Shown here one piece after another: positions 27,643-37,502 of a stretch of 64,000 nucleotides of DNA. Position 1 is the stretch's first letter. Each line of letters starts with the position of its first letter. Below the pieces are notes generated by a model that was given only the letters and a program-made list of their open reading frames with translations, ran no database searches and was not told the DNA's origin. Source of the DNA: Polyangiales bacterium (GTDB taxonomy: Bacteria; Myxococcota_A; Polyangia; Polyangiales; Ga0077539); NCBI GenBank assembly GCA_044229975.1, contig JBGARZ010000016.1, positions 1 to 64,000 on the forward strand, written 5' to 3'. Both the position numbers and the translations under genes were made by a program.

Positions 27643-30002
27643 AGGGCGCGAGCGAGGCGGCCGCGTCGAAGGGCGGTGCCGGCCGTCGGGTCGAGCTCGA
27701 CCCCTCGCTCAAGGCGCGCGTGCGCGAGCTCTACACCGAGCACCGCGACGGCGTGACCCGTCGCACCGACCGGATGTTCGCCGCGCTGCTCGGCGCGCAG
27801 TGGATCGCGGCCGTCGTGCTGTCCCTCGCGGTCTCGCCGTACGCGTGGGAGGGGGCGCGCCGGTCGGTGCACCTGCACGTCTGGGCGGCGCTGCTGCTCG
27901 GGGGGCTGCTCGCGGGCCCGCCGATCGCGGTGGTGTTCCTCCGGCCCGGATCGTCGATCGCCCGCCACATGATCGCCGTGGGCCAGGTGGGCTTCTCGGG
28001 GCTCTTCATCCACCTGAGCGGCGGCCGCATCGAGACGCACTTCCACATCTTCGGCTCGCTGGCGTTCCTGGCGTTCTACCGCGACTGGCGGGTGCTCATC
28101 ACCGCCTCGCTGGTCACCGCGGCCGACCACGTCGCCCGCGGCCTCTTCGACCCCATGAGCATATACGGCGTGGCCGTTCCGACCTTCGTGCGCTCGCTCG
28201 AGCACACGGGCTGGGTCGTCTTCGAGGACGTCTTCCTCGTCGCCGCCTGCGTCCGCGGACAGCGCGAGATGTGGGAGATCGCCGCGCGTCAGGCCACGGC
28301 GGAGGAAGTCACCGAGCGCCACGCGCGCTCCGTCGAGGCGGTCGCGCGCGAGGCCGCGCTGCTCGCCGTCGCCACCGAGGCCAGCCGCTCCAAGAGCGAG
28401 TTCCTCGCCAACATGTCGCACGAGATCCGCACGCCCATGACGGCGGTGATCGGGTACGCCGACCTGCTGCTCGACCCCGGCATCACGGCGAGCGAGCGGC
28501 TCGACCACGTGCAGACCATTCGCCGCAACGGCGAGCACCTGCTCTCGCTCATCAACGACATCCTCGACCTGTCCAAGATCGAGGCCGGCAAGATGACCGT
28601 GGAGAGCATCCCGTGCTCGCCCAGCCAGATCATCGTGGACGTCTCCTCGCTCATGCGGGTGCGCGCGATGGACAAGGGCCTCGCCTTCGAGGTGGAGTTC
28701 CAGACGCCCATCCCGGAGACCATCGTCAGCGACCCGACGCGGCTGCGCCAGACGCTGCTCAACCTCGTGGGCAACGCGATCAAGTTCACCCACCGCGGCA
28801 GCGTGCGCATCCTGGCCCGCTGCGACGCGCCGGGCGCTGCGTCCCCGATGCTCACCCTGGAGGTCGCCGACACGGGCGTGGGCCTCACCCGCGAGCAGGT
28901 GGGCCGCCTCTTCCGGGCCTTCGAACAGGCCGACAACAGCACCACGCGCAAGTTCGGCGGCACCGGCCTCGGGCTGGCGATCTGCCAGCGCCTCACCCGC
29001 ATGATGGGCGGCGACATCACCGTGGAGAGCCTGCCCGGTCGCGGCAGCTCGTTCACGATGACGGTGAGCGCCGGATCGCTCGCGGGCGTGCGGATGTTCG
29101 TCGGGCTCACCGAGGCGGAGATCCCCGAGGTGGGCGACGCGCCGAGGGGCCACGCGAGCGCCGAGCCCCTGCGCTGCGCCGTGCTGCTCGCGGAGGACGG
29201 CGTCGACAACCAGATCCTCATCTCGACGGTGCTGAAGAAGGCGGGGGCGTCGGTGGTCGTCGCGGAGAACGGCCGCCTCGCGGTGGAGCGCGCTCTCGCG
29301 GCGTCGGTGTCGGGCTCTCCCTTCGACGTGATCCTGATGGACATGCAGATGCCGGAGCTGGACGGCTACGGGGCCACCGCGAAGCTACGGCAGAAGGGCT
29401 ACGGGGGGCCCATCATCGCGCTCACCGCGCACGCGATGGCCGGCGACCGGGAGCGCTGCCTCAACGCCGGCTGCGACGACTACCTGACCAAGCCCATCCA
29501 TCGCACGCGCCTCGTCGAGACGGTGCGGAAGTGGATGGAGAAGCAGCGCGCCGAGGGGCCCATCGTGCTGCGCCGATCGGTGGCGCCGGCCGCCCCGCGC
29601 GAGCGTCTCGTCAGCGCGCTCCCGGCGCCCGAACCGGCGCCCGCGCCGCCGTCGCTCGGCCCCGCCGCCGCGGCCGACGACGAGCCGCTCGTCTCGGAGT
29701 TCGCGTCCGACGGCGACATGGTGGAGATCATCGACCTCTTCGTCGGGGGGCTGCCCGACCGCGTCGCCGCCCTGCGCGCCTCGTCGGAGGCCGGCGACTA
29801 CGCCGAGTTGAAGCGCCTCGCGCACCAGCTCAAGGGCGCCGCCGGGGGCTACGGCTTCGGCCCCATCACCGCCGTCGCCGGGGAGCTCGAGCTCGCCATC
29901 GGGCGCGGCGCGGACGCTGACGAGACGCGCGCCCTCGCGGCCCGGCTCGTGTCGATCTGCGGCCGCGCCCGGGTGTGCGAGCCGCCCGCGCCAGAAGCTT
30001 GA
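27639..30002 (+). CDS. Membrane hybrid histidine kinase (multi-TM RedC-like sensor, HisKA, HATPase, REC, Hpt)
   Basis: GTGA overlap with the RedB-like gene. TM region with IETHFHIFGSLAFLAFYRDW, then MSHEIRTP, LMDMQMP and AHQLKG. Confidence 0.92.
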   Translation: MKGASEAAASKGGAGRRVELDPSLKARVRELYTEHRDGVTRRTDRMFAALLGAQWIAAVVLSLAVSPYAWEGARRSVHLHVWAALLLGGLLAGPPIAVVFLRPGSSIARHMIAVGQVGFSGLFIHLSGGRIETHFHIFGSLAFLAFYRDWRVLITASLVTAADHVARGLFDPMSIYGVAVPTFVRSLEHTGWVVFEDVFLVAACVRGQREMWEIAARQATAEEVTERHARSVEAVAREAALLAVATEASRSKSEFLANMSHEIRTPMTAVIGYADLLLDPGITASERLDHVQTIRRNGEHLLSLINDILDLSKIEAGKMTVESIPCSPSQIIVDVSSLMRVRAMDKGLAFEVEFQTPIPETIVSDPTRLRQTLLNLVGNAIKFTHRGSVRILARCDAPGAASPMLTLEVADTGVGLTREQVGRLFRAFEQADNSTTRKFGGTGLGLAICQRLTRMMGGDITVESLPGRGSSFTMTVSAGSLAGVRMFVGLTEAEIPEVGDAPRGHASAEPLRCAVLLAEDGVDNQILISTVLKKAGASVVVAENGRLAVERALAASVSGSPFDVILMDMQMPELDGYGATAKLRQKGYGGPIIALTAHAMAGDRERCLNAGCDDYLTKPIHRTRLVETVRKWMEKQRAEGPIVLRRSVAPAAPRERLVSALPAPEPAPAPPSLGPAAAADDEPLVSEFASDGDMVEIIDLFVGGLPDRVAALRASSEAGDYAELKRLAHQLKGAAGGYGFGPITAVAGELELAIGRGADADETRALAARLVSICGRARVCEPPAPEA

Positions 30003-30027
30003 CACCCGGAGAGCGGAACCAACGCCC

Positions 30028-30924
30028 ATGCAGACCATCCTCGCGATCGATGACTCGCCCGAGATCCACGCCCTGCTCGACGTGCGGCTGCGCCCCGAGG
30101 GGCTGCGCGTCGAGCACGCACTCACGCCCGAGGAGGGGCTGGCGAAGGCGGCGGCCATGCAGCCCGACCTCATCCTCCTCGACGTGGACATGCCCGGGAT
30201 GGGCGGGTTGGAGGTGTGTTCGTGGCTGAAGGCCGACCCCCTCACGTCGATGACGCCGGTGATCTTCCTCACGGGCGCGGAGTCGGTGGACGTCAAGGTG
30301 CGCGGCTTCGACCTCGGGGCGGTGGACTACGTCACCAAGCCCTTCGACCCGGCCGAGCTCCGCGCCCGCGTGCGCGCCGCGCTGCGCACCAAGCGCTTCC
30401 ACGACATGCTCGCCGCCCGCGCCCAGCTCGACGGGCTGACCGGCCTGTGGAACCGCGGGTTCTTCAACCAACGCCTCGCCGACGAGGTGCGGGCGGTGCG
30501 CCGTTACGGGCGCTCGCTCTCGCTGATCATGATCGACGTCGACCACTTCAAGCGGCTCAACGACGGGTTCGGCCACCCCTTCGGCGACATGGTGCTGCAG
30601 CGCATCGGCGAGACGCTGTCGTCGTTTGTCCGCGCCACCGACGCGGCGTGCCGGTACGGGGGCGAGGAGCTCTCGCTGATCCTCACCGAGACGTCGGGCG
30701 ATGGGGCGATGGTGCTGGCCGAGCGCGTGCGCGCCGCGATCGAGAGCCTCGAGCTGCGGCCCAGGGGCAAGCCCGTGGTGGTCACCGCGAGCCTCGGCGT
30801 CGCCGACGCGGCGGCCCTCGGGAGCCAGGACACGGTGACGCCCGAGAGGCTGGTCCAGCGGGCCGACGACGCCCTCTACCGGGCCAAGAACGGCGGCCGC
30901 AACCGGGTCGAGCGGGCGGTCTGA
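30028..30924 (+). CDS. Response regulator-diguanylate cyclase (REC-GGDEF)
   Basis: ILAIDDS, LDVDMP, DGLTG, RATD I-site and GGEEL. Confidence 0.93.
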   Translation: MQTILAIDDSPEIHALLDVRLRPEGLRVEHALTPEEGLAKAAAMQPDLILLDVDMPGMGGLEVCSWLKADPLTSMTPVIFLTGAESVDVKVRGFDLGAVDYVTKPFDPAELRARVRAALRTKRFHDMLAARAQLDGLTGLWNRGFFNQRLADEVRAVRRYGRSLSLIMIDVDHFKRLNDGFGHPFGDMVLQRIGETLSSFVRATDAACRYGGEELSLILTETSGDGAMVLAERVRAAIESLELRPRGKPVVVTASLGVADAAALGSQDTVTPERLVQRADDALYRAKNGGRNRVERAV

Positions 30925-30975
30925 GCCGGTGACCGAACTAGTACCTCGTCGCAGGAGTTCTGACGGGTTGAAGAA

Positions 30976-31056
30976 GCCGCAAGGGCGCAAGGGTCGCAAG
31001 GACAAGATGAGATGAGGGTGAGTCGCCTGAGTCGTCCTCCCTTGCGACCCTTGCGC
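30976..31056. repeat. Short dispersed (GCAAGG)n-type repeat with a partial inverted copy, between convergent genes
   Basis: GCCGCAAGGGCGCAAGGGTCGCAAGGA (30976-31002) followed by inverted CCTTGCGACCCTTGCG. A further copy lies at 52887-52913. Confidence 0.75.
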
Positions 31057-31096
31057 GGATGGCTCCTCGCGGCCGGCGTCGAGCGAAGGGTGAGCG

Positions 31097-32251
31097 TCAC
31101 AGCAGGTCCCACCGTGCGGTGGGATAGGGAGGGGCCGGCCGTGCGAAGAGGTAGCCCTGGAGGTGCGTGCACCCGAGCGCTGCGAGGGTGTCGCGTTCGC
31201 CGATGGTCTCGACCCCTTCGCCGACGACCTCGATGCCGAGGGAGAGCGCGAGCTCGGTCATCGACTGCACCACGCGCCGCTTCACTTCGTCCTTGTCGAT
31301 GCCGCGGACGAGGGACATGTCGAGCTTGACCACCTCCGGGTGCACCTCGGTGAAGTAGCTGAGCCCGGCGTAGCCCGCGCCGAGGTCGTCGACGGCGATG
31401 CGGAAGCCGAGCGCCCGGAGCGAAGCGAGCGTGGCGTTCAACCTCGCGCCCCCCTCCAGCGGGCTCCGCTCGGTGAGCTCCAGGATCACCTGGGACGCCA
31501 CGCGCGACAGCGGGGCGGCGCCATCGCACAGCTCCACGTCGGAGAGGTCGGCCGGGTGCAGGTTGACGTAGAACGTGTGCGCGCCGGGCGAGCCCTCGAT
31601 CACCGCCGCGGCCATCGCGCGGATGCGCCTGCCGAGCTCCGGGAGAGCGCCCAGCCGCTCGGCGGCCTCCAGGATCACGCCGGGGTGGGGTAGCTCGGTG
31701 CTCCGCGACCGCAGGAGGCACTCGTAGCCGATCAACGTCCGGGAGCTCGTCGAGATGATGGGTTGCAACGCGATCGACGCCTGGTCGATCGCCGACCGGT
31801 AGCTGCGCTCCAACTTCTCGCGACCCTCGTCCAGGGGCAGGGTCGGCCTCGGGGCGCGCGAGACCACGGCGTCTCGCAGGAGCCGACCGAGCTCGGCCGG
31901 GACGAAGGGCTTGACCAGATACCGATACGCCCCGTGCTCGACGGCCGCCGTGGCGGATTCGAAGCTGGGCCGCCCCGTCAGCAGGATGAACGGCTGGTCG
32001 AGGTGCCGCGTCCGCATGGCTTGCAGTAGATCGATGCCCGTCGAGTCGCCCAGTTGAAGGTCGGCGACCACCACGTCGACGCCCTCGAAGAGTCCCAGCG
32101 CCTCCTCCACGGACGCGGCGTCGACGCAGGTGTACCCCTCGTGACGCACCACCCTCCGCAACACGCCGCGCACCGCCGCGTCGTCATCGACGATGAGCAC
32201 CCGATGGCTGGCATCGGTCACGTCCTGTCCCCCCGGCATCGCTCCGCCCAT
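31097..32251 (-). CDS. REC-EAL c-di-GMP phosphodiesterase; start approximate
   Basis: VLIVDDD REC, QPI, ECLLR (ExL), VNL, ELTE, DDLGAGY, KLD, EGVE and QGY. Confidence 0.92.
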   Translation of the reverse strand: MGGAMPGGQDVTDASHRVLIVDDDAAVRGVLRRVVRHEGYTCVDAASVEEALGLFEGVDVVVADLQLGDSTGIDLLQAMRTRHLDQPFILLTGRPSFESATAAVEHGAYRYLVKPFVPAELGRLLRDAVVSRAPRPTLPLDEGREKLERSYRSAIDQASIALQPIISTSSRTLIGYECLLRSRSTELPHPGVILEAAERLGALPELGRRIRAMAAAVIEGSPGAHTFYVNLHPADLSDVELCDGAAPLSRVASQVILELTERSPLEGGARLNATLASLRALGFRIAVDDLGAGYAGLSYFTEVHPEVVKLDMSLVRGIDKDEVKRRVVQSMTELALSLGIEVVGEGVETIGERDTLAALGCTHLQGYLFARPAPPYPTARWDLL

Positions 32252-32785
32252 CACACCGCCTCGTTGCTGCACGTCGCCCCCTCCGTCGTACGAACACCGA
32301 CCGCCCCCGGGCGGCGGAGGTCGCCGGGCGTCGCGGGCCCGGTCATGAGTCAGATGCTTCCACCCGATACCGCGGCTCCCCGGTGTTGGCCGGTCGACTC
32401 TCATGAGAGCCGCAGCCCCGTATACTGAGGAGAGTATCCATGCGTCAACCGCAAATACGCCAAGTACTTCGAAGAGATCCCGTGAGTACAATCGCCACGG
32501 TTATCGCGAGTCGCCGACGTCGACTTCCTGACCGTCCTGTGTCCATGGCTTGTTGATTGGACGAGCATGGCGCGGGCGCACGCTGAAGCGCGGCGTTTGC
32601 GGGTCGGCCGCGCAGAAGCGGCATTGTCCGTAATGGTTTGTCGAGACTTGCCTGTGACAAGTCAGAGGTTTGACTGTGGCTGGCATGGTGCGTTGAGGGG
32701 TTTGCTTGCAACGGATATCGTGCAAGGTCGCCGCCGACCCGCCAGTGAGGGGATGTGCCATGGGGAAGCGGGAGTCAGTGCGCTC

Positions 32786-35068
32786 TCAGCCGAGCACCTC
32801 GCGCACCTTCCGGAGGAGCGCGGTCGGCGTGAGGGGCTTCTGCAAGAACGGCACACCCGCGTGCAGCACGCCCTGCTTGAGGACGGCGTCTTCGGTGTAG
32901 CCGGACATGTAGATCACCCGCATCTCGGGGCGCGTCGGGCACAGCCGCTCGGCGAGCTGGCGCCCGCTCATGCGCGGCAGCACCACGTCCGTGAGCAGCA
33001 GGTCGATGCGCCCGCCGTGCTGCTCGCCGACGAGGAGCCCTTCGCTCCCGTTGGCGGCGTCGAGCACATGGTAGCCGGCGCGGCGTAGCACGACGAGGGT
33101 GAAGGCGCGCACCTGCTCCTCGTCCTCCACGAGGAGGATCGTCTCCGAGCCCCCGAGCACCTCCGCCTGTGTCGCCCGCGGGGCCGCCGCTTCGGACGCC
33201 TCCTGCACCTGCGGGAAGTAGACCTTGAAGGTCGTCCCCACGCCGGGCTCGCTGTAGACCCAGACGTGACCACCCGACTGCTTGACGATGCCAAACACCG
33301 TCGAGAGCCCGAGGCCCGTCCCCTTGCCCTTCTCCTTCGTAGTGAAGAAGGGCTCGAAGATCCGCGACCGCGTCGCCGCGTCCATGCCGCACCCGGTGTC
33401 GCTCACCGAGAGCATCACATAGGCCCCCGGCGCCACGTCCAGGTGCTCGCGCGTGTACCCCTCGTCGAACACCACCGCGCACGTCTCGATGGTGAGCCTG
33501 CCCCCCAGCGGCATGGCGTCGCGGGCGTTCACCACGAGGTTCATCACCACCTGCTCGACCTGCCCCGGGTCGACCTTGCAGCGGCCCGCGCCGGGCGTGC
33601 TCAGGAGGGCGAGTTCGACGTCCTCGCCGACCAGCCGCCGGAGCATCCGCTCGGTGCCGGCAACGACCTCGGCGAGGTCGAGCACGCGCGGCGCCATCAC
33701 CTGCTGCCGGCTGAAGGCGAGGAGCTGCTGCGTGAGCCCCGCGGCCCTCTCCCCGGCCCTCTTGATCTCGATGAGGTCGTCCCGCAGCCGCTCGCCGGGG
33801 GGCAGGTCGCCTAGCGCGAGGTCGGCGTAGCCGAGCACCACCGAGAGCAGGTTGTTGAAGTCGTGCGCGATCCCGCCGGCCAGGCGCCCCACCGCCTCCA
33901 TCTTCTGCGACTGCCGGAACTGTCCCTCCAACTCGCGCCGCGCCGTGACGTCCTCGGCGACGCCCGCGACGCGCACCACGCGCCCGCCCTCGTCGCGCAC
34001 CGGGAAGGCCTTGTCGTGGATCCACCGGACGGTCCCGTCCGGGCGCACGATTCGGTACTCCTCGTCGTAGGTGCCGACCGCCTGCCGGGTCGTCGCGGCC
34101 TCCAGCACCCGGGCCCGGTCCTCGGGGTGCAGGGCGTCGGACCAGTCCTGCGGCGACGCGTACAGGGACTCGCAGCTCCGCCCCCAGACGCTCTCGTAGG
34201 CCGGGCTGACGTAGACCATCACACCCTTCTCCAGGTCGGTCATCCAGAACACCTCGCGGATGCTCTCGGCGAGCTGGCGGAAGCGGGCCTCGCCGGCGCG
34301 CAGCGCCGCCTCGCTGCGCCGCCGCTCGGTGATGTCTCGGAGGTTGCTGACGAAGGCGTTCACGACGGGGTCGGCGAGGAGGTTCTTGGTCCGCACCTCC
34401 ACCCACCGCCAGGACCCGTCGGCGCAGGCGACCCTGACCTCCAGCGTGCGGCTTTCGCTCGGGGAGGCCGTCAGCTCCGCGTAGGCCGCCTCGGCCTTTG
34501 CGCGGTCGTCGGGGTGAAGGCGCTCGAAGCCCCGATCGCCGACCGCCGAGCCCTCCGGGAAGCCGAGGATGCGCCACACCGCCGGGCTGCGGTAGAGGGT
34601 GACGCCGTCGGCGGACGTGAGGGTGACGCCGTCGGCGCTGTGCTCGATGAGCGCCTGGAAGCGCGCCTGCTCGCGGGCGCGCTCGGCCCGCAGGGCGCAC
34701 TCCCGCAGCTCGCGCTCGACCGCCGGGGCGAGCCGCGCGAGGCGGTCCTTGAGCACGTAGTCGTGCGCCCCGGCGCGCATCGCCTCGACGGCCAGCTCCT
34801 CGCCGATGGTGCCCGACACGATGATGAACGGCAGGTCGAGCCCACTCTCCTTGAGCACCGCGAGGGCGCCGAGGGCGCTGAACTCCGGCATCGACCAGTC
34901 GCTCAGCACGAGGTCCCAGGGCGCGCGGGCGAGGGCGGCGCGCATGGCCGCCGCGTCCTCGACGCGCTCGGACTCCACGGCCCGACCGGTGTCGCGCAGC
35001 GCCCGCAGGACGAGCTTGGCGTCCGTCGGCGAGTCCTCGGCGAGCAGCACCCGCAGCGGCGCGGTCAC
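32786..35068 (-). CDS. Hybrid kinase REC-PAS-PAS-HisKA-HATPase-REC (CckA-like)
   Basis: AHDFNNLL H-box, NARDAM, FFTTK..GKGTGLGL and terminal REC domains. GTG start overlaps the upstream stop. Confidence 0.93.
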   Translation of the reverse strand: MTAPLRVLLAEDSPTDAKLVLRALRDTGRAVESERVEDAAAMRAALARAPWDLVLSDWSMPEFSALGALAVLKESGLDLPFIIVSGTIGEELAVEAMRAGAHDYVLKDRLARLAPAVERELRECALRAERAREQARFQALIEHSADGVTLTSADGVTLYRSPAVWRILGFPEGSAVGDRGFERLHPDDRAKAEAAYAELTASPSESRTLEVRVACADGSWRWVEVRTKNLLADPVVNAFVSNLRDITERRRSEAALRAGEARFRQLAESIREVFWMTDLEKGVMVYVSPAYESVWGRSCESLYASPQDWSDALHPEDRARVLEAATTRQAVGTYDEEYRIVRPDGTVRWIHDKAFPVRDEGGRVVRVAGVAEDVTARRELEGQFRQSQKMEAVGRLAGGIAHDFNNLLSVVLGYADLALGDLPPGERLRDDLIEIKRAGERAAGLTQQLLAFSRQQVMAPRVLDLAEVVAGTERMLRRLVGEDVELALLSTPGAGRCKVDPGQVEQVVMNLVVNARDAMPLGGRLTIETCAVVFDEGYTREHLDVAPGAYVMLSVSDTGCGMDAATRSRIFEPFFTTKEKGKGTGLGLSTVFGIVKQSGGHVWVYSEPGVGTTFKVYFPQVQEASEAAAPRATQAEVLGGSETILLVEDEEQVRAFTLVVLRRAGYHVLDAANGSEGLLVGEQHGGRIDLLLTDVVLPRMSGRQLAERLCPTRPEMRVIYMSGYTEDAVLKQGVLHAGVPFLQKPLTPTALLRKVREVLG

Positions 35069-35514
35069 GGCTCGGACCGCCGGGCCGGGGGCCGCTGGTT
35101 CATGACGAGCCAGAAGTGTCCGAGCGTGCGGGCCACCTCGGCGAACTCGGCGAACTCCACGGGCTTGCGGACGTAGGCGTTGGCGCCGAGCGAGTAGCCC
35201 CGCTCGACGTCCTCCTCCTCCGCGGAGGCCGTGAGGATGACCACCGGCAGCAGGCGTGTGCGCTCGTTGGCGCGGAGGCGACGCAGCACCTCCAGGCCGT
35301 CGACGCGGGGCAGCTTCAGGTCCAGCAGGACGACCGCTGGCAGGTCGCTCGTGGTGCGCGCGGCGTGCATCCCGGTCCCGAACAGGTAATCGAGCGCCTC
35401 GACGCCGTCGCGCGCGACGGTGATCGTGTTGGCGACGCCGCACGTGCGGAACGCCCGTGTGGTGAGCTTCTCATCGGTCGGGTTGTCTTCGACGAGCAGG
35501 ATCGTCTTGTGCAC
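35065..35514 (-). CDS. Single-domain response regulator (Rcp1-like)
   Basis: ILLVEDN, LLDLKLP, LTAS, GANAYVRKP and FW. Confidence 0.92.
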   Translation of the reverse strand: MHKTILLVEDNPTDEKLTTRAFRTCGVANTITVARDGVEALDYLFGTGMHAARTTSDLPAVVLLDLKLPRVDGLEVLRRLRANERTRLLPVVILTASAEEEDVERGYSLGANAYVRKPVEFAEFAEVARTLGHFWLVMNQRPPARRSEP

Positions 35515-35564
35515 GGTGGGTCTGGTGCTCCTGTGGCGGTCGACGGTCGGCGTCTGCGGGGGGG

Positions 35565-37082
35565 CTACGGCGGGGTCCCGAGCGGGGCCGCCGCGACCGT
35601 GAAGAGGAAGGTCGCGCCCTCGCCCACGCGCCCTTCGGCCCAGATACGGCCGCCGTGGCGGTGGACGATGCGCTGCACGGTCGCGAGGCCGACGCCGGTG
35701 CCAGGGTACTCGGCGATCGCGTGCAGGCGCTGGAAGGGCGCGAAGAGCTTGTTGGCGTAGGCCATGTCGAAGCCCGCGCCGTTGTCCCGCACGAAGAAGA
35801 CGCGCCCGCCCTCGCCCTCGACGCAGCCGACCTCGACGCGCGGCGCGGCCGCCCGCCGCGTGAACTTCCAGGCGTTGCCGAGCAGGTTGTCCAGGAGGGC
35901 GCGGGCGAGGAGCGGGTCGATCCACGCCTGGAGGTTCTCGTGCACCACGACCTCCCGGGCCGGGCGGGGCTCCTCCGCGTCGAGCCTCGCGACGATGGCG
36001 CGGGCGAGCGCCGCGAGGTCGACCGCCACGGGCTTGAGCTCGCTGCGGGTCACGCGGGCGAGCGAGAGCAGGGCGTCGATGAGCTCGGCCATCCGCCGCG
36101 CGTTGAGCAGGATCTCCTGGAGCGCGTCGCGGCCGTCGGCGTCGAGCTTGTCCTGGTACTCGTCGAGCAGCACATGGGCGAAGCCGCTCATGCCCCGCAG
36201 CGGCGCGCGCAGGTCGTGCGCGACCGAGTAGCTGAAGGCCTCGAGCTCGCGGTTGGACAGCTTGAGCGCGGCCTCGGTCGCACGGCGCGAGGTGATGTCG
36301 CGGATGGCGCTGGAGAAGAGCGGCCCCTCCTCGGTCTCCAGCGGGCTCAGGCTGATCTCCACCGGGAACTCCGTCCCGTCCTTGCGGAGGCCGTACAGCT
36401 CCAGCTCCGACCCCATCGCGCGCGGCCTCGGCTCGCGGACGTAGCCCGCGCGGTGGCCCGGGTGGCGGTCCCGGAAGCGCTGGGGCACGAGCATGTCCAC
36501 CGCCCTCCCCAGCAGCTCGCCGCGCGGGTACCCGAAGAGCCGCTCCGCCTGCCCGTTGACGAGGACGATGGTCCCGTCGCGGTCGACGATCACCACCGCG
36601 TCGGGCGCGGCCTCCAGGAAGGTCCGGAACCTCGCGTCGGTGGCGCGCTCCCGGCGCAGGTCGGCGAGCGCGGCCTCGGCGAGGCGTGCCTCGGCGTCGC
36701 GGACCATCTCCTCCCTCACACGCAGGTACTCGTCGCCGGCCACGGCCCGCAGCCGGTCGTGGAAGCGGTGCTGGGCGTCGAGCGCCGCGACCAGCCGCGG
36801 CCGGTCGTCGCCGTAGGCCGCGACCATCGCGGGCAGCAGTTGCCGCACCCCCGCGGTCATTTGATCGTACCAGCCCCAGAAGCTCACCCCCTGCCCGGCG
36901 CAGGCCGCGACCTGCGCGCGCAGCGCCGGCCCGAGCTCCGGGCGCTCGGCGAACGGCCGCAGCGTCGCGACATGGTCGGCGTCGTGGTGGGACGCGTAGA
37001 CGCGCCAGAAGTCCTCAAAGGCAGCGCGCTGCTCGGGCGTGAGCCGCGCTTCTCCCGATGCCCCCAGGTCGACGCTCATCAT
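35565..37082 (-). CDS. Histidine kinase with helical (globin-like?) N-terminus and PAS domain, phytochrome-type HisKA
   Basis: [28 protein letters not shown] and GTGVGL. PAS motif [13 protein letters not shown]. Confidence 0.9.
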   Translation of the reverse strand: MMSVDLGASGEARLTPEQRAAFEDFWRVYASHHDADHVATLRPFAERPELGPALRAQVAACAGQGVSFWGWYDQMTAGVRQLLPAMVAAYGDDRPRLVAALDAQHRFHDRLRAVAGDEYLRVREEMVRDAEARLAEAALADLRRERATDARFRTFLEAAPDAVVIVDRDGTIVLVNGQAERLFGYPRGELLGRAVDMLVPQRFRDRHPGHRAGYVREPRPRAMGSELELYGLRKDGTEFPVEISLSPLETEEGPLFSSAIRDITSRRATEAALKLSNRELEAFSYSVAHDLRAPLRGMSGFAHVLLDEYQDKLDADGRDALQEILLNARRMAELIDALLSLARVTRSELKPVAVDLAALARAIVARLDAEEPRPAREVVVHENLQAWIDPLLARALLDNLLGNAWKFTRRAAAPRVEVGCVEGEGGRVFFVRDNGAGFDMAYANKLFAPFQRLHAIAEYPGTGVGLATVQRIVHRHGGRIWAEGRVGEGATFLFTVAAAPLGTPP

Positions 37083-37502
37083 CACGTGCTCTCCGAGGCT
37101 CCTCGTCCTCTGGTCGGTGGGTCGGAGTGCCCATTGACTACGCCACCTCCTATCGGAACGTCGAGCCCTCTGCTTGAGGGGTCAAGAGCTTAAAAAGTCA
37201 TGACAAACCGTTGAAATCGCCCGCCGGGTTTCGAGGCTTCGCGGGGTCGCGCGCGGCGCTTCGATCACCCCAGCGCGGCGATCGCCCGTGCCTGAAGATT
37301 GGACCAACCCTCCCTCCCATTGCCGGTACCCTCCGGCCGCGGAGTGGTCATCAGAGAAAAGTTTGAGACGGTCTGTTTCGACGCCCGCCGTCCGGGCAAC
37401 GATCGCGGCGATCGGACGGCCGACGGCGCCTCCTTGCGCTTTGCCAGGCCTACCCCGACAAGGGGTTGACCCGGGGGCCCCCCCACTCTCCCCAACGAAC
37501 CC

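Noticed and set aside
23400..30912. Near-identical DNA at the 3' ends of the two GGDEF genes (GCCAAGAACGGCGGCCGCAACCGGG)
   Set aside because: It encodes the conserved AKxxGRNR motif under strong codon bias and is not a mobile repeat.
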